The position numbers and the translations under genes are program-made. A DNA stretch of 64,000 nucleotides from Vicugna vicugna (taxonomy: Eukaryota). Within the stretch, counting starts at the first letter, position 1, and each line of letters opens with the position of its first letter. Positions 39,865 through 52,968 of the stretch are shown one piece after another. The stretch lies in NCBI GenBank assembly GCA_013265495.1, contig MU058636.1, forward strand, positions 9,564,176-9,628,175, read 5' to 3'. Under the pieces are notes generated by a model, which was given only the letters and a program-made list of their open reading frames with translations, did no database searches and was not told where the DNA came from.

Positions 39865-40335
39865 CACTGTAACTTGGCTGATACAGTGTGTCCATTCCTG
39901 ACGCTCTTCTTCCATATCTTCTTCTCCAGCTGAAGCAGTGAAAGCTAAAACCTCCATTTCACAGCCTCTCTTGAGGTTTGAGGGCCACACTGGCCAATGA
40001 GAGGGGAGTGGGAGTGTGCTGGTACCATTACGTCCACATCCTCTTTCTCCAACCCTAGAAGATGGGTGTGCTACACCTTGTAGCACAGCAAGCGTCTTTC
40101 AACCAGGAGGGGCCAGGCATGAGGACAAAGCCCATGCACTAGAAATGACAGAGTCAAAGGGTGAGTCTGGATCCGTGGTGTCTCCGTTAGGCAGCTGCAT
40201 CAGCCTCACACTTCTCTTGGGTGAGACCAATAACTCTAAGCTGTTTACATCTGTGATTAGTAATAAATACATACCTGCCAGACTGTTCAAACCTGCCAGA
40301 CTATTCAAACTAACAGTTCTCTTGCAGTCTAAGGG
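39865..40335 (+). mobile_element. Old MLT1-type LTR
   Basis: aaaacctccatttcacagcctctcttgagg...caagcgtctttcaaccaggag...cttgcagtctaa; contains an 18-nt tandem duplication at 40273-40308. Confidence 0.55.
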
Positions 40336-43232
40336 CCAGCACCACAGTCAAGTGGGTTAGAGCACAAACAATGAAGCAGAGCAGAGAGAGGGCAGAGCGG
40401 TGTCAAGGGAGAAGTCATTCTGCAGCAATTGGTGGCTGCAATGGGCATCCGCTGTCTATAGCGTCGATTAGAGAAGATGGACCCTCCTTAAAACCTGGTA
40501 GTAGAAACAGGAATAGCTATGAAGAGAGCTGACAAGATGTCTCCCCTTAAAGTCTTAACTTTGAGGGGTTTAAAGAGACTGAAACTCTAAGCGTTAGAAA
40601 TGGCCCGATACAAGAAAGTGGCCGTTGAAGATATTCCAGCAAGAGGGGGGTGCAGGAAAGTGCAAGATGCAGAAGAGATCTAGTGGGTAACAAAGAGCTC
40701 CAGGCAGAGCCAGAGAAGAGAGACTTTCCTTAACTGCTCCTGGCTGTGAGCTTATTAGCTCATTATTGGAATATATTATTTGTTCCTCAACAGACGCTGT
40801 GAGACACCCCAAAAAATGTTCCACTAGCCAAAAAGCTGTGATCACAGTTTTCAGGACAGACACCGCAAACAGGGTTAAAATAAATAGAGACCATGTTAAA
40901 TTCCTCCTTTTAGCCACTTCCTTCCTTCCTTCGTTGCTAACCTACCCATTCCCTTCATGAATCCTATCTTAGACAAATTTAAATAGGTATTGTTATGGTG
41001 TCCATCTTATTTATAGAAGAAAAAAAAATCTCATGGGATAAGCGATCTTTCAGGTTTCCCGGTCTCCGTGTCAAGTAGTCTCAGGATGAAATCATGTGTT
41101 GCTTTTACGTGCTTCTTCTCCCGTTTGTATACATACGTTTACCACGGCAACCCCAACATCCCATTAGAGTAGGGTTGTCTATTTCATTTTCTAGAAACTT
41201 CCTTTCATGTGTTTGGTAGACTCAAGACCCCTCTTTCCTGTAGAAACTGCGTATGTCTACATATGTACAGTTTCTAAACAGAGTGATCTGTGTGGCTATA
41301 TTCCCAGGAGAGCTCATGGAAATAAGATGCATACAGTCTGTGCCCTGCTCCCAGGGTGGCTGCCTGCATTATTCATTTAAAGTTTGTGAATTACTTTGGA
41401 AGCATAAAGTGCCATATAATTTCTCTGTATTACTCTTTTATGAGTTAAAGTAGCATGTACATTTTAAATCAATAACTTATTTATAAGAAGAAAAAAATGT
41501 GAAGTGTTAAATCACATTTAACATAGTGAACACATTAAACTATCAAAATTGGGAAATGTCTATGATACATTACACATACATTTGCTACATGGCCCAGTAT
41601 GCATTTTGCAGCAGTGCACAATTTTGTTTAATATTAAATCAGTTATGCTTTTGCTACTTTAAAATTATGCTTCTTTTTTTCTTCTAGTATCAAAAATTAT
41701 CTAAGGCTTTTTCAGTGTTAAAAACTATGTTTTGTGGCTTTTTAAAAAAAATTTTCCCAGAATACATAGAAAGATTAATATAATGAGTTCCACAGAAAGA
41801 GATAAACATTTTGTGTATGGGTAGATAATAATATTTGCCACCCATCAGCCATAACTTCTGAGAGGATTCACAAAGATTTGACCTACAGTATTTTAAAATC
41901 TTAAATCCTACCCTCCTTCACCAAAATAAGATGCATTGCAAGGATCACATATCCTAGTAAAATGATCCAGCAGAAGAAAGCCAAACATAAACGCTGACTT
42001 TGGTATTATAATACAAAGAGGGGATTGCAAGCACTGATTTTTCTACAGTAAATAATTTCATATTACAGCCACTGGGAAATGGCGGAAGGGAAATGCGTCT
42101 TTCCCAGTTCCCTGTTTTTCTGCAGGAGAAATGTAGCTGAAATGCACCTGGCCTCTTTCCACTCATTCGAGCCCTTGGGGAAACGAGGGTTTCCGAGGAA
42201 TGCCCCCACCTGCCCCCACGCCAGTGTGCTGCGTTAGGGCTGCTCCGCTCTTGTGGGTGAATCTCCTGCACGGGAGGCCACCCTCATCCACACTGCTGAG
42301 ATGGAGAGACTGCGGGAGTCTCTCCACCAAGCTCTGGGGATCCGTTAGCAGACCCTTTGCCCCTCACCAAGCTACTCCCTCCACTTTAGCCTTTATCAGT
42401 AATAATTGTGATGTTTTGGTCTCCATCTGCCACTTTCTTCCTGTCAGTTTGTTTAGATTGCAGCTGGGGAAGAGAAGTGCTCCTTAAGGGCCCCAATCAG
42501 AGGCCCCAGTGAGAACTATCATAAACTGAATGTACGCGCGCTTACATATTAGTTAAGTGCTACCATTTTGCGACCAATATGCCAGCAACATGGGATTTTT
42601 ACTAATGGAGGCCAAGGAGAAAAGAAGGGAACTAATTCTCAGCAGTCAGCATTAAGTCGAAAGGCCAAAGATTGCGTTAAATGAGTTGCCAACCAGAGTG
42701 AAAAAGTAGATGAAAAGAGAATGCTCTTTGGCTAGTTGCAATTCTGAAAGATCAATGTCTCTGTATTAAAAGCAAAAGCACTTGGGCAAGAGGACAAGAA
42801 GCAGAAGACAGAAGAATGAAAACAGAATTAAGAGCAATATACAACATCAACTGTGTCACCAGGTAGACATTAGACATGGTGATGGGGGTAAGAAACCAAG
42901 CTGAGGGAAGAAGAGAGGGAGAGAGTGACCGGGACAGAGGGAGGGAGAGGGAGGGGGAAGGGGAGGAGACAGACAGACCAGCAAAGAGAAAGAAGACAAG
43001 GGTTCTGTTTCTGGGATTTGGTTCTGTTTTGCTTTGTTTCCAGGGAGAGAGGAGTCAACAGCAATGCTGTGCCTTCTCCCTCGAAGGCGTAGACACGGGA
43101 TAGCTGCCACGTCTGGAGAGGGATGGGGAAAATACAGATCTCCACGATGCAACTGCTACCACAAGGGTATTAATGTGTCGTGAGGAAGACACGTCCGCTT
43201 GGAAGAACTAGCTGTCAGAGGGACATTCGCTA

Positions 43233-43705
43233 TGTCGCCTGAAATAAACACGCACAACGTGAGCGCTGTCAGTTGCAGGTTTATAGGGGGACTTACTGAG
43301 GACTCTAGCCCGGGAGACTGCCTCCCAGAGAGCTCTGAGGAACTGCCTGAAGAGGTGAGGGGAGGGCAGTATACATGTGATTTTGGCAAAGCGGGTAGGT
43401 ACATGCAACCAGGCACGCATCTCAGCAGAAGGCTGCTGCTAGTCACAGGGGAGCAGATAACTTAGTTAATGGCTTTAGTGTTCTTCTAAGTGTGGGAAGA
43501 TGCAAGAATCCAGGTTCATAAAAAACTTTCTCCTGAAAATATCTATCTGAAAGCCTGTTCTGCCAGTTTTCCCAGAGCTCAGAGGGCCTCATTCCTGATC
43601 TCCACCCTGAACTCCTTTTGGGGTGTGTTAGAGGTCAGTGACTGCGGTGGCTAGTGATTTAATCCTTGTAGAACCAGATGGAGAACGACATTTTTTCAGT
43701 TGTCG
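43233..43705 (-). mobile_element. ERV1-class solo LTR (resembles cetartiodactyl MER41-like LTRs)
   Basis: ggacttactgaggactctagcccgggaga...gctctgaggaactg...tgggaagatgcaagaat...ccaccctgaactcc; family name from recalled similarity. Confidence 0.65.
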
Positions 43706-43984
43706 CCTCCATGTAGACAGATGACAAGCTGTGTCTCTCAACCGTGTGTCAGCTTCTGTAGCAACACTGCAGTCTAACAGCTGATGCTTGATACCATGAC
43801 TTTGCCAACGGTCTCAGGCGATGAGCCAGTCATCTCCTTATGCCTCCAGTCTGTACCTACTACCTCCACTGCAGAGCTGATGACAGGCATTGTAATGACT
43901 TGGCTGTGAGTGTATATCCCAAACTTGATTGTTGGTTTTTTCAAGAGCTACCTTACTCATCCTGCTAGGCACACAGCAGGTGCT

Positions 43985-44487
43985 GACATCAGAAGACCTC
44001 ACATTTCATGAGCTGCCTTGACATCTTTGAGCCTCACAGGGCCCCAAAGGCCTACCTGTGAGTTCCCTGCTCTTGCCAGATACGCCCCCATCCAGAAAAA
44101 CAGGCTGCCCACCTGACTAGCTCCCCTGTTAGCCAGATTAGCTGCACCCAAGCTGGTCCTCAACTCACGGGGTTTCATCTCCCTACCAGCTCATGAAATC
44201 ATTCAAATAAATCAATCACATCCTCCTGTGGGGGGCATTGCATCCTCGTGTCACTGCAAAACCTGTCACTCACAGACCCTGCTGGCTTCCTCTACTCCTA
44301 AGTGCAACCCAAATGTGGCCCTACTTGATGTCCAGGACCCTCCTTCCCTCGGCTGTGACAATATGTGACAAATAAACCACTGTCATCTCATCTGCTCAGT
44401 GTCAGGTGTTGTGTGCTCCTCCAGCTCCTACTGTTTGGTGTGGGGACTCCCTCTCATCAGTGAGGGGAAGACAAGGCGATCGGAACA
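43985..44487 (+). mobile_element. MER74-like ERVL solo LTR
   Basis: gagcctcacagggccccaaaggcct...caatcacatcctc...aataaaccactgtc...ggggaagacaaggcgatcggaaca end. Confidence 0.65.
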
Positions 44488-45762
44488 TTGCTAAATAAAC
44501 ACCTGATTTAAAAATTAATGTCTGAACCCACATCATCATATCTTCAAAAAAGACATTTTACATTTCCATGTTTTTCTTAACGGCACTCAATTACACAATA
44601 TGCTTTGGAGGCATTTCCCAATACTTCCTAATATTTAAAATTTAGGATGTGAAATCCTTAGACTATCTAGAAATGTCTTAATCAAGTCAGCCACTCCTTG
44701 ATTGGTGCAAGTAACAATTTTACTATGCAATTGAAATAAAGCAATTGCTGACCAATTATTAAAATAGAAATCTGGTAAGATTTAGGGATTTTTTTTTTCT
44801 TTTGGCTTATCTGTATTTCCTAATCTTTCCTCAAGTAATCTGGATTACTTATATAATTAAAATGTTTTATTAGAAGTGGAAGACAGTTACCGATTGAAGT
44901 GGCTTTCTGAAACACAGAATAACTAACTAAACCTAACCCACCTGTTGGATCTGCTTAGGAAGAAGCACATTTTAGGTCAGAGTCAGGGAGGTTAGGTGTT
45001 GTCCCCCGCGGGACATGCACTTCCAATACCTGTGAACTCCAGCAATCAGTGTCGTCCACTCAAATTGCAGATCTGTGTGTCAGGAATGTTGTAGGAAACA
45101 ATCCGGATTTGGTCTGAAAACTTCTGATATTCTTTTCTGTTCTCTTCTCTTTTTCTGGGGTCAACTCTTGTCTCTTCTCACTCAGCTAAGGGGTTCAAAT
45201 CTGTCTCACCCTGGAGTTCTCATATCAGACCTGGAGTGGTAAAAGACCTCTTCTTTATCTCCCAAGTAAGACCATCAGGTGGCAGGTTTTCAAAAGGCTG
45301 AGGGGAAGACCAGGAGGGGAGTTGCATTCATGCACTGCCTTCCACTTCAAATGGATGCGAGAGCCCCTGCCCTGGGGCGTCTCTCCTTAGAGGGCTCTGC
45401 CTACAGCCGTTTTTCACAGCTAGGTGGGACTGCTCTTTCTGGACTGTCCTTCAATTGCTCCTTCCTGCACCTCTAAATTTTCTAAACCCCTCAGCACCTG
45501 TCTCACAGACTGCTTCGGAAACTGAAGTCTCTGTTCTCTGTACCGTTTGAGTTTCACTTCGCCCTTTGTCTCACTGTTATTCATCCTCTGGGGGTGATCA
45601 CAGCCGCAGGCACTACAGAAAGCTCCCTCCCCACTCACTCAATTTTTTAAAAATATTCTTTTGCTAAGAGGATTTGATTTGTGCCTTCTTCAGGTGTTAA
45701 CCGGCACAAACGTCAGCTTGCTTTTTAAAAATATAAAATCAACTTATTTAAAATATATTATT

Positions 45763-45885
45763 GGGAGGGAGGATATGGCTCAAGCAGTAGAGTGCATGCT
45801 TAGCATGCAGGAGGTCCTGGGTTCAATCCCCGCCACTTCCTCTAAAAATAAATAAATAAATAAACATAATTACCCTCCCAAATAA
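45763..45885 (+). mobile_element. tRNA-derived SINE (camelid Vic-1-like), near full length
   Basis: gggaggatatggctcaagcagtagagtgcatgcttagcatgcaggaggtcctgggttcaatcccc, then (TAAA)n and taattaccctccc. Confidence 0.9.
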
Positions 45886-47819
45886 ATATAGGCACTTCTT
45901 TAAGAACAATCAGTTCCAAAGCATCATAGAGACCCTTCGAGACAAAATATTAAAACAAAAGGCCCACATTATTACTGGCTTAAGAAAGAATACATAAAAC
46001 ACACCAATACACTGTCTTCAAAAAGGTGTATCTTTTCCAAAAGGAATTAGACCCAGCTACAATCAAAGCCCACAGTGTTTGGTGGTAGAAATGACATGTG
46101 GGGAGCCAAAGATCTGAGTTTAAATTCACAGTCTGAATCTTGACCATCCTGTGATTCAGATATCAGTTCAATGATAACCCATTTACACAAGGCAGTGGCT
46201 TTACCTAATAAGGTCAGTCACTATCATATCTGACCACTTGCCTGAGATGAAATGAAACAATGAACTTTTTTGTAATAGTTAGTGGTGGAGCTTGATTTAA
46301 TGGTAGTGCTTGGATTAAAATACAATTTTCTTGACTGCTAAGTATTTGTTTCTTTATACCAGAAGCCTCCTAGTGGCAGAAATGCAGCAAAAAAGAGTTT
46401 GGACCTGCAGTAATTTTTCTTCTAGGTATAAGGATGAATGTTAGATTTCAGCCTAAGCCTGTCTGACTTTTCTATTAATAATTGATTGGTGTCCAACGTC
46501 CCTACCCCTAACATATTAACAAGGAAGCAGACTTGGTTCAGCATCTGAGAGAAACCCAAGTTCTATCCTTGCTATAAACTCCCTGTTGATTATATTCTTC
46601 TTCTTTTGTTTTTGTTTTTACATATGTGACTATTATTTCTTCCGTGGTCATGATATTCAGTCAGAAATTACGTGCAATGCATTTATCGCAAAATTTTAAG
46701 ACGTCACTTCTACCTGTTTTTGATCCAAAAGCATTGCAAGTCTTATTCGAACATGGATACTGCTTAGGAAACAAAAAATTACGGTGTAGTAAAGAGAGGA
46801 AAGACCTGGTTTCTTGGATTCAAAACAACCTTTGAGTCTGTTAAACAGAACAGAGAATAAACATCTGGTTTTTGGTTGACGCTTCCCAACATTCATTTTT
46901 GTCTGTAAAGAGGCAGAAAAGGGAGGGGCTCAAAAAGGAGATGTAAACACGGGACAGAAGTCAGGAACACCCAGTTCTGGGGGTGGTTTAGCTGCTCAGT
47001 GGTTGCTTGACTTGGGACAAGTCACAGTGAAAAGCAAGGGCGCAGATCTGATTGTTCTCACCGCCCCAAACTGACTGGTTTGTAATGAGACGGATAATGT
47101 GATTACTGATAGCCAATCAAGCCAGTATCCGGAAATTCTCCGCTGCGCTATGCTAGCTAAAACCACGTGAGAGAAACTTCTTGAAGGCTCGACAGACCCC
47201 GGCAGGAATAAGAGCTGCACCCTTTTACTGTGGATTGACTTTTTCTCAATTTTTTGTTCCTATACTTTTTAGATCAAAACAACACCCCAAAGCCTTAATA
47301 ACACGTCTGTTGTACTGATCAGTGCTGGAGAATGGTAAAACAACTTGACGTCAAGCTTCCAGATGTAATAAGTGAATCCGGACCATCCGTCTCGCATCGT
47401 TTATTTTCCCTCGCCAGGTTCTGCAGGATTTCTCTTCTGCCATCTTAGATTTCATTCAGTAACAACAACAAAAATCCAACAAGTTCAAACCTACAGTAGA
47501 AGTCTGACCTACTCTTTTAAGATGAATTTGAGGGTGCAATTAGTTTGCCAAGAGCATGCAAAGATCAAGACCCCTTTGGGGGTCATAACAGTCTAATGAA
47601 CCTAAATTTAATTGCTTTTCTTGTTTTATATTAAAGAGAATTTTTTTTTAAGTCTGGGTATTTTCCAGAGTTTCCTGGATTAAGTACTGATGGAGAATAA
47701 GTAGAAGTTTAAGATGCAGCATACTGACTTGCTGCCACCGAGTTAGGTCTGACCTGAATTTGATTTAACTACAGAAATACCTCCTATGGGAAGGCGGCCT
47801 GTTGTGGTCGAGGACAGGT

Positions 47820-48020
47820 GGATTCTGGGCTCTGCCACTTACTGTTTTCCATCTTGGATAAGGAAGTTATTTAGCCTCTCTAAGACTCAGTTTGCCCATC
47901 TGTAAAGTGGAGATCATATCTTTCCATAGTGTTACTCTGGGACTAAATGAGAAAACACACGTAAAGTTCTGACCACACTGCCAGGCACAGAGTAAACTGC
48001 TCAATAAATGGTAGCTATTC
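47820..48020 (+). mobile_element. MIR SINE
   Basis: ctctgccacttact...aagttatttagcctctctaagactcagtttgcccatctgtaaagtggaga...gctcaataaatggtagctatt. Confidence 0.85.
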
Positions 48021-49182
48021 TTTTAGGAAGATCTGTCTTCTACCATCTTGGAATTCATTTAGCAGCAAATAATCCAACACATTCAAACCTATAAAAAGTT
48101 CTGATCTACTCTCTTAAGATGATAAAATTAAAGTGAGCTTTCTTTTTAAAGTACTCAGTATGCAACCCAGTGTTTCTCACAGTTCCTTTTTAAGAGAGAA
48201 GACAAATTCTGACCAGAGTTTTCATGTAAATGAAAGTCAAAATGTATGCTGATTTGATCCATTGTCCAGTATGCTATATTATACAAACTGGTAGCCAATA
48301 AAAGTTTCCCAATGGAAATAATCTTTGACACTTCAATATCAAATTAATGAACACTGAACTTTTAAGAAGCAAAGGAAATATGTATTTATTCTGAGCTCAA
48401 GAAATCCAGGGATGAAGTCCCCAAAAGCTAAATTCTGTGGGTCTATTTTCTTTTCTGTAATCACGTACCCTCCCTTCTTTTTTTCCCCTTTCCCCTTCCT
48501 ATCTCTGAATCTATCTTGACAATCCAGTTTAGCAGGGACGTACATATGAAAGCATTTTGGGGTCCCTAGCGGGGACACATGAATACAGTCCTGAAGTCCT
48601 TAATAAATGACATCAGGTCACAGGTGGTACAGCCCTCACTGATTTAGATCAATTCTAGCTATCAACACTTAATAACCTTTGTGGATAAAATACAGAACAT
48701 ACTAGTCTGCAATAATATCAATGACCATTCAGTTCTTCACATTACTGACCATTGTGAGAACAGAGATATCTATCTGAGAACAAACCCAAGAGAAAGTTGT
48801 TCCCATTAAAATAGTGGGACTTCAGACTTTAGAATTGAGGCAGAAACCCCCAGACATCATTTTATCTTGATCAGTTTTCAGAAACCACATAAATGTTATT
48901 TTGATTATTGAAAAATAAAAATATCCCTCCAGGGCAGAAGTACAGTAATGGTTATGGCACGTGCCTTCTTCAGTCTGCAGTTAATTATTGAATATTTAGG
49001 TAAAGACCCTGCGAGCTGGAAACTACATGCCTGTTAATAGCGACATCTGCTGGTAACCCAGGAGTATGGTCTGCCCCATTAGGAAGCTCTGTTCTTTGGC
49101 ACTGAATCACACACAGTTAACTCTTAGCAGGAAACTGTTTTCTATTTTGTGGATTTTCTAGGTCTTTAGAATTCTAGATAAT

Positions 49183-49866
49183 ATGTGTAGACACTCCCCA
49201 CTCCCACCCAGGATGTGGAATTATCCCCTCCCCCACTCTCTGGAGGGTGGGTGGATTCAAAGACTCACAAAGAATAAAGTATGGAAAGAGAAAAATAATT
49301 TTAGAGTGGGAAGATGTCTGATGGACAACACCTTAACCAGGTGACCAAGGTGAACATCACCGGTGATGTGTGGATACAAGGTGCCCCTGATGTGATGTGA
49401 GCAGAGCATACTTTACTTCCGTGGGATTCTTCCCCAAAACCCACCACCTCTGTCTAACCACACCCAACCAAACCATGCTGGGGGTCATTCTACAAAATGC
49501 CTGATCAGTGCTCTTCATAACTGTCAAGGTCATGAAAAATGAGGGAAGACTGAGACACCGTCACAGATCAGAGGACACTAAGGAGGCACCGCGACTCAAT
49601 GCAGTGTGGCCTCCCGGATGGGATCCTGAACAGAAAAAGGACATTCGTGGAAAAACTGGTGAAACCCAAATAAAGTCTGGGGTTTAGTCAATTGTAAGAC
49701 ACCCATGTTGGTTTCTTAGTTTTGACAAATGCACCGCAGTATGTAAGATGAAACACTAGGGGAAACTGAAACTGGATGAGGGGTCTATGAGAATACCCTG
49801 TACGATCTTTGTAAATTTTCAGTACATTTCCAAGTACTACAAAACAAAAAGGTTATTTTTTTTAAA
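49183..49866 (+). mobile_element. L1MC-type LINE-1 3' end
   Basis: caccttaaccaggtgaccaaggtgaacatcacc...gggatcctgaacagaaaaaggacatt...aaataaagtctgg. Confidence 0.85.
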
Positions 49867-49903
49867 GTGTTAAGTATTTGCTCGATGGCCATTTTGGGGT
49901 GAT

Positions 49904-50004
49904 TTTTGGCGGGGGAGGTAATTAGGCTTATTTATTTATTTTTAGAGGAGGTACTGGGGACTGAACCCAGGACCTCGTGCATGCTAAGTTATAGCCTCCC
50001 CTCC
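49904..50004 (-). mobile_element. tRNA-derived SINE (Vic-1-like), internally deleted
   Basis: ggaggtaattaggcttatttatttatttttagaggaggtactggggactgaacccaggacctcgtgcatgctaag. Confidence 0.85.
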
Positions 50005-51659
50005 TGGACTTCCACTTTTTATGCAGGACATTCTTGAGGACAACACTTCATATTTGAGGAATGTCACTGACTAAAACTTGTTTTCATATACGTTCATTTA
50101 AACGTCCCTGGCAGCCTGCAAGGCAGGCAGATGGGACTATTTCTGTCTCTATAGACGAGGAAGCAGAGACTCAGAAGTTCTATCCTCCTCACAGTTCTCA
50201 AGGAGTAAGAAGCTGAGCCAGACGCCACCCAGGACTGGTGGCTCCCCTCCGGGACTCTTTCTACACCTTCCAAGCTTCTCACTTTTAAGTTCCAATAGTA
50301 GCAGTTCCGTTGGGAGTGACTGACACAATCATAGTGGGAGTGATTGACACGAGGTTGTTAGATTTCATGTACTCATGTTCTCCCGGCGAGTGATTTGAGT
50401 GTGAAAAATAGTAATGAATGCTGTAAGGAAGAAAAATGAAATGGGAAAGAAAAAGTCAGAGTTCCAATATTTACTCCCAGACCTCATCATGAAGTAATAA
50501 CATTCTCTCTGCCAAGAAAAATCCCTCTCATTCTTTGAGGCTTGGCTCAAGAATGACTGGACAGGTCCTTTCTCCAGGCTCCCCTCTAGGTACGCGGAGC
50601 ACGCATCTCCAAACTCTGTACCTCTGTAGTACTTTTAACTGCTTCTTTGTTTGTTTGGGGGGAATAAATATTAGAAATACACATTCATATTTTGCTATAT
50701 ATGAAATGACTCTCCCAACTCTCCTTTTATTTTTTTCTATCCATATTCAACCGTCAAATATGTTTTTCCCTAGCCAAATGGCTCATTGTGGATGGGCATG
50801 TTAAATGCCTTAAGTTAAAAGTCTCAGACTCAAGTCTGAAGAGACCAGCAAAGGAATATAAACAGTTAAAGTAGACAGAAAAGTCAGTTGGCCTCTGTCT
50901 CTTATTTTCTCACTTTTATAAGACCTACAAAAACTGGTATTTTTCTACTATAGGAAAAATGGTACTTGATGTTAAGTGGTAACTGACATTTAGCCTCAGT
51001 ATTTGCAGGGGAACAGGAGAGAGGCATGGATTGTGGCAAACAGGAAAGCGCGTGGCATGTTTAAAGGGACAGAACTGTTTTGTTTCGAGCAAGTGTTGCC
51101 TTGAGGAAATTCAAGGACAGTATTGATAAACGTCTTTTTCTTTTTTTTTTTAATTCAAGAAAAGCTGGCAATTTGAATTTTTATATGAAACCAGTCTTTA
51201 AGTTTTGGCTTAGCTTTAGTTAAAATTCTGGTCTGGCTCAGTGAGATGTGTGTGGTCCCAGTTTGGCTTACATATGCCAGTTTGCAGCCTCTGATTTAAA
51301 GAACCTGTCAAGATTCATATCAAAAGAAAGTATTGCTTTGAGAGCTTTCTAGAAGAAACGTTTGCCTTATCAACCTGGGGCTGATTTCAGAAATTCCACT
51401 GCTGACCACCCTTCTTCTGAATTAAAAGGGTGTTCTCTATTCAAAATGCAATTATCTCTTAGAAAGTAACATAGTAAGTTGTCATTAGAGACGTAACCCT
51501 TAATGTAAATAATTACATTAGATCCTTTAACCTGCTGCATAATAAGACATGAGGCTAGAAGGAAACCGACATAGCACGTAAGACTGGAGGTACAAGCCAC
51601 TCAGGACAGAAAACAGCTAAAAGCTACGTGTTAGGGTCTAAAATTAAAACTTCTACTTC

Positions 51660-52100
51660 ATGATCATTACTGTATGTGCTCATTACTGTATAATATTTAT
51701 TTGTATGAATATTCCACAATTTATTCATGTATTCAGTTGATGAACTTTTAGTTTCCAGTGTAATCCATTACAAAGAATGTTACTACTGATTTCCTGTTCA
51801 TATGTCGCAGACATTCTCTTTGGATGTCCTTCCACAGTGGGATTGCTCTATCAAGTTTTGTAAAGAATTCCAAAATCTTCTCCAAAGTCCGTGTACTAAT
51901 TGATACTTGACTAGGGGAATGTGACCTTATACTCTCCACGCTCACCCACATTCGAGTGTGCAATGAAACTTCATTGTGTTTTAATTTGTTTTTTTCTGAT
52001 TATTAATCATGTTGAGCGCCTTTTCGTTATGTTTATTGACAATTAAATATTCTCTTTTGTGAATTTTCTGTCCAGATCCTTTGCCCAGTTTCTGTTAGGT
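51660..52100 (-). mobile_element. Old L1M fragment
   Basis: cattgtgttttaatttg...ctgattattaatcatgttgagcgcc...cctttgcccagtttct. Confidence 0.7.
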
Positions 52101-52968
52101 TACATAGAGGGGATTGAACAAATATACTAAGGCTAACAGAAACCAAGTTGCTTACTGTTTGAGAGGGAGTTATTTTCACAGGAAGGAAGAAAACAAAATA
52201 AATCCTGCGGTGTTGACTGGAAATGGAAGGATCGATGTAAACTTGTGGTTTTCGATATATATATAGATGGATATGTAGATATCTCTGTAGGCAGGAAAAA
52301 GCATGGGATAAACCTGGAACATATTATTATGACAGGAAGAAAACAAATACTCAATGATGTAATTGTACCAAAAGGACACAGAAGCCAGTCTGGACAGCCT
52401 CCCTCTGGCCAAGTCTGAGACAATTGGAGCATAAAAAATAAATAATAATGAAAATGGATCATGACTCTGAATAAAATAGGAAACTATGAGTCCTAAACAA
52501 ACAAATTTTAAACTTGTTTGATGAAAAATGTGATATTTACATAGTTGCAAATGACTTTCCATGAAACGTTTATTAAACAGAAATGAGAAAGGCATAATTT
52601 ACAGTGAAGAATTCTGGCAGGCATCACCTTAATCAAAAGATCAAAGTGAACATCACCAGTCACTGGACAAATTAAAATTCTGTACCACCTGGTAAGATGC
52701 AATAACAACACAGCATCAAGCATAGTGATGTTCCCATCAGTAACTCATAGTGAATCTCATCGTCAGGAAAATCAAAGAAAGTGAAACTGAGGGACATTCT
52801 ATAAAGTGACTGGCCAGGATCTTCACAAGTGTCAAAGTCATAAACATTAAGAAAGGTTGAGAAACTGTCCCAGACTGAAGAATAAAGACACGTGACAAAT
52901 AAAGACATCCTATGATTCTGAACTATGTCTTTGGTGATCTTTGGTGAAACTTAAATGGGCTCTGAGGA
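52100..52968 (+). mobile_element. L1MC/L1MD-type 3' end, left part (continues at ~53700-53800 after the retrocopy)
   Basis: caccttaatcaaaagatcaaagtgaacatcaccag...gagggacattctataaagtgactggcc...ggtgaaacttaaatgggctctgagga; resumes with ttattttcctgactttgatg...gctgtggtca. Confidence 0.8.

Noticed and set aside
40273..40308. 18-nt tandem duplication (ACCTGCCAGACT(G/A)TTCAA x2)
   Set aside because: Only two units, inside a decayed MLT1 LTR; ordinary slippage duplication, not an array.
45767..45840. Possible tRNA gene
   Set aside because: It has A/B boxes but a degenerate cloverleaf, a (TAAA)n tail and three diverged sister copies, so it is a SINE.
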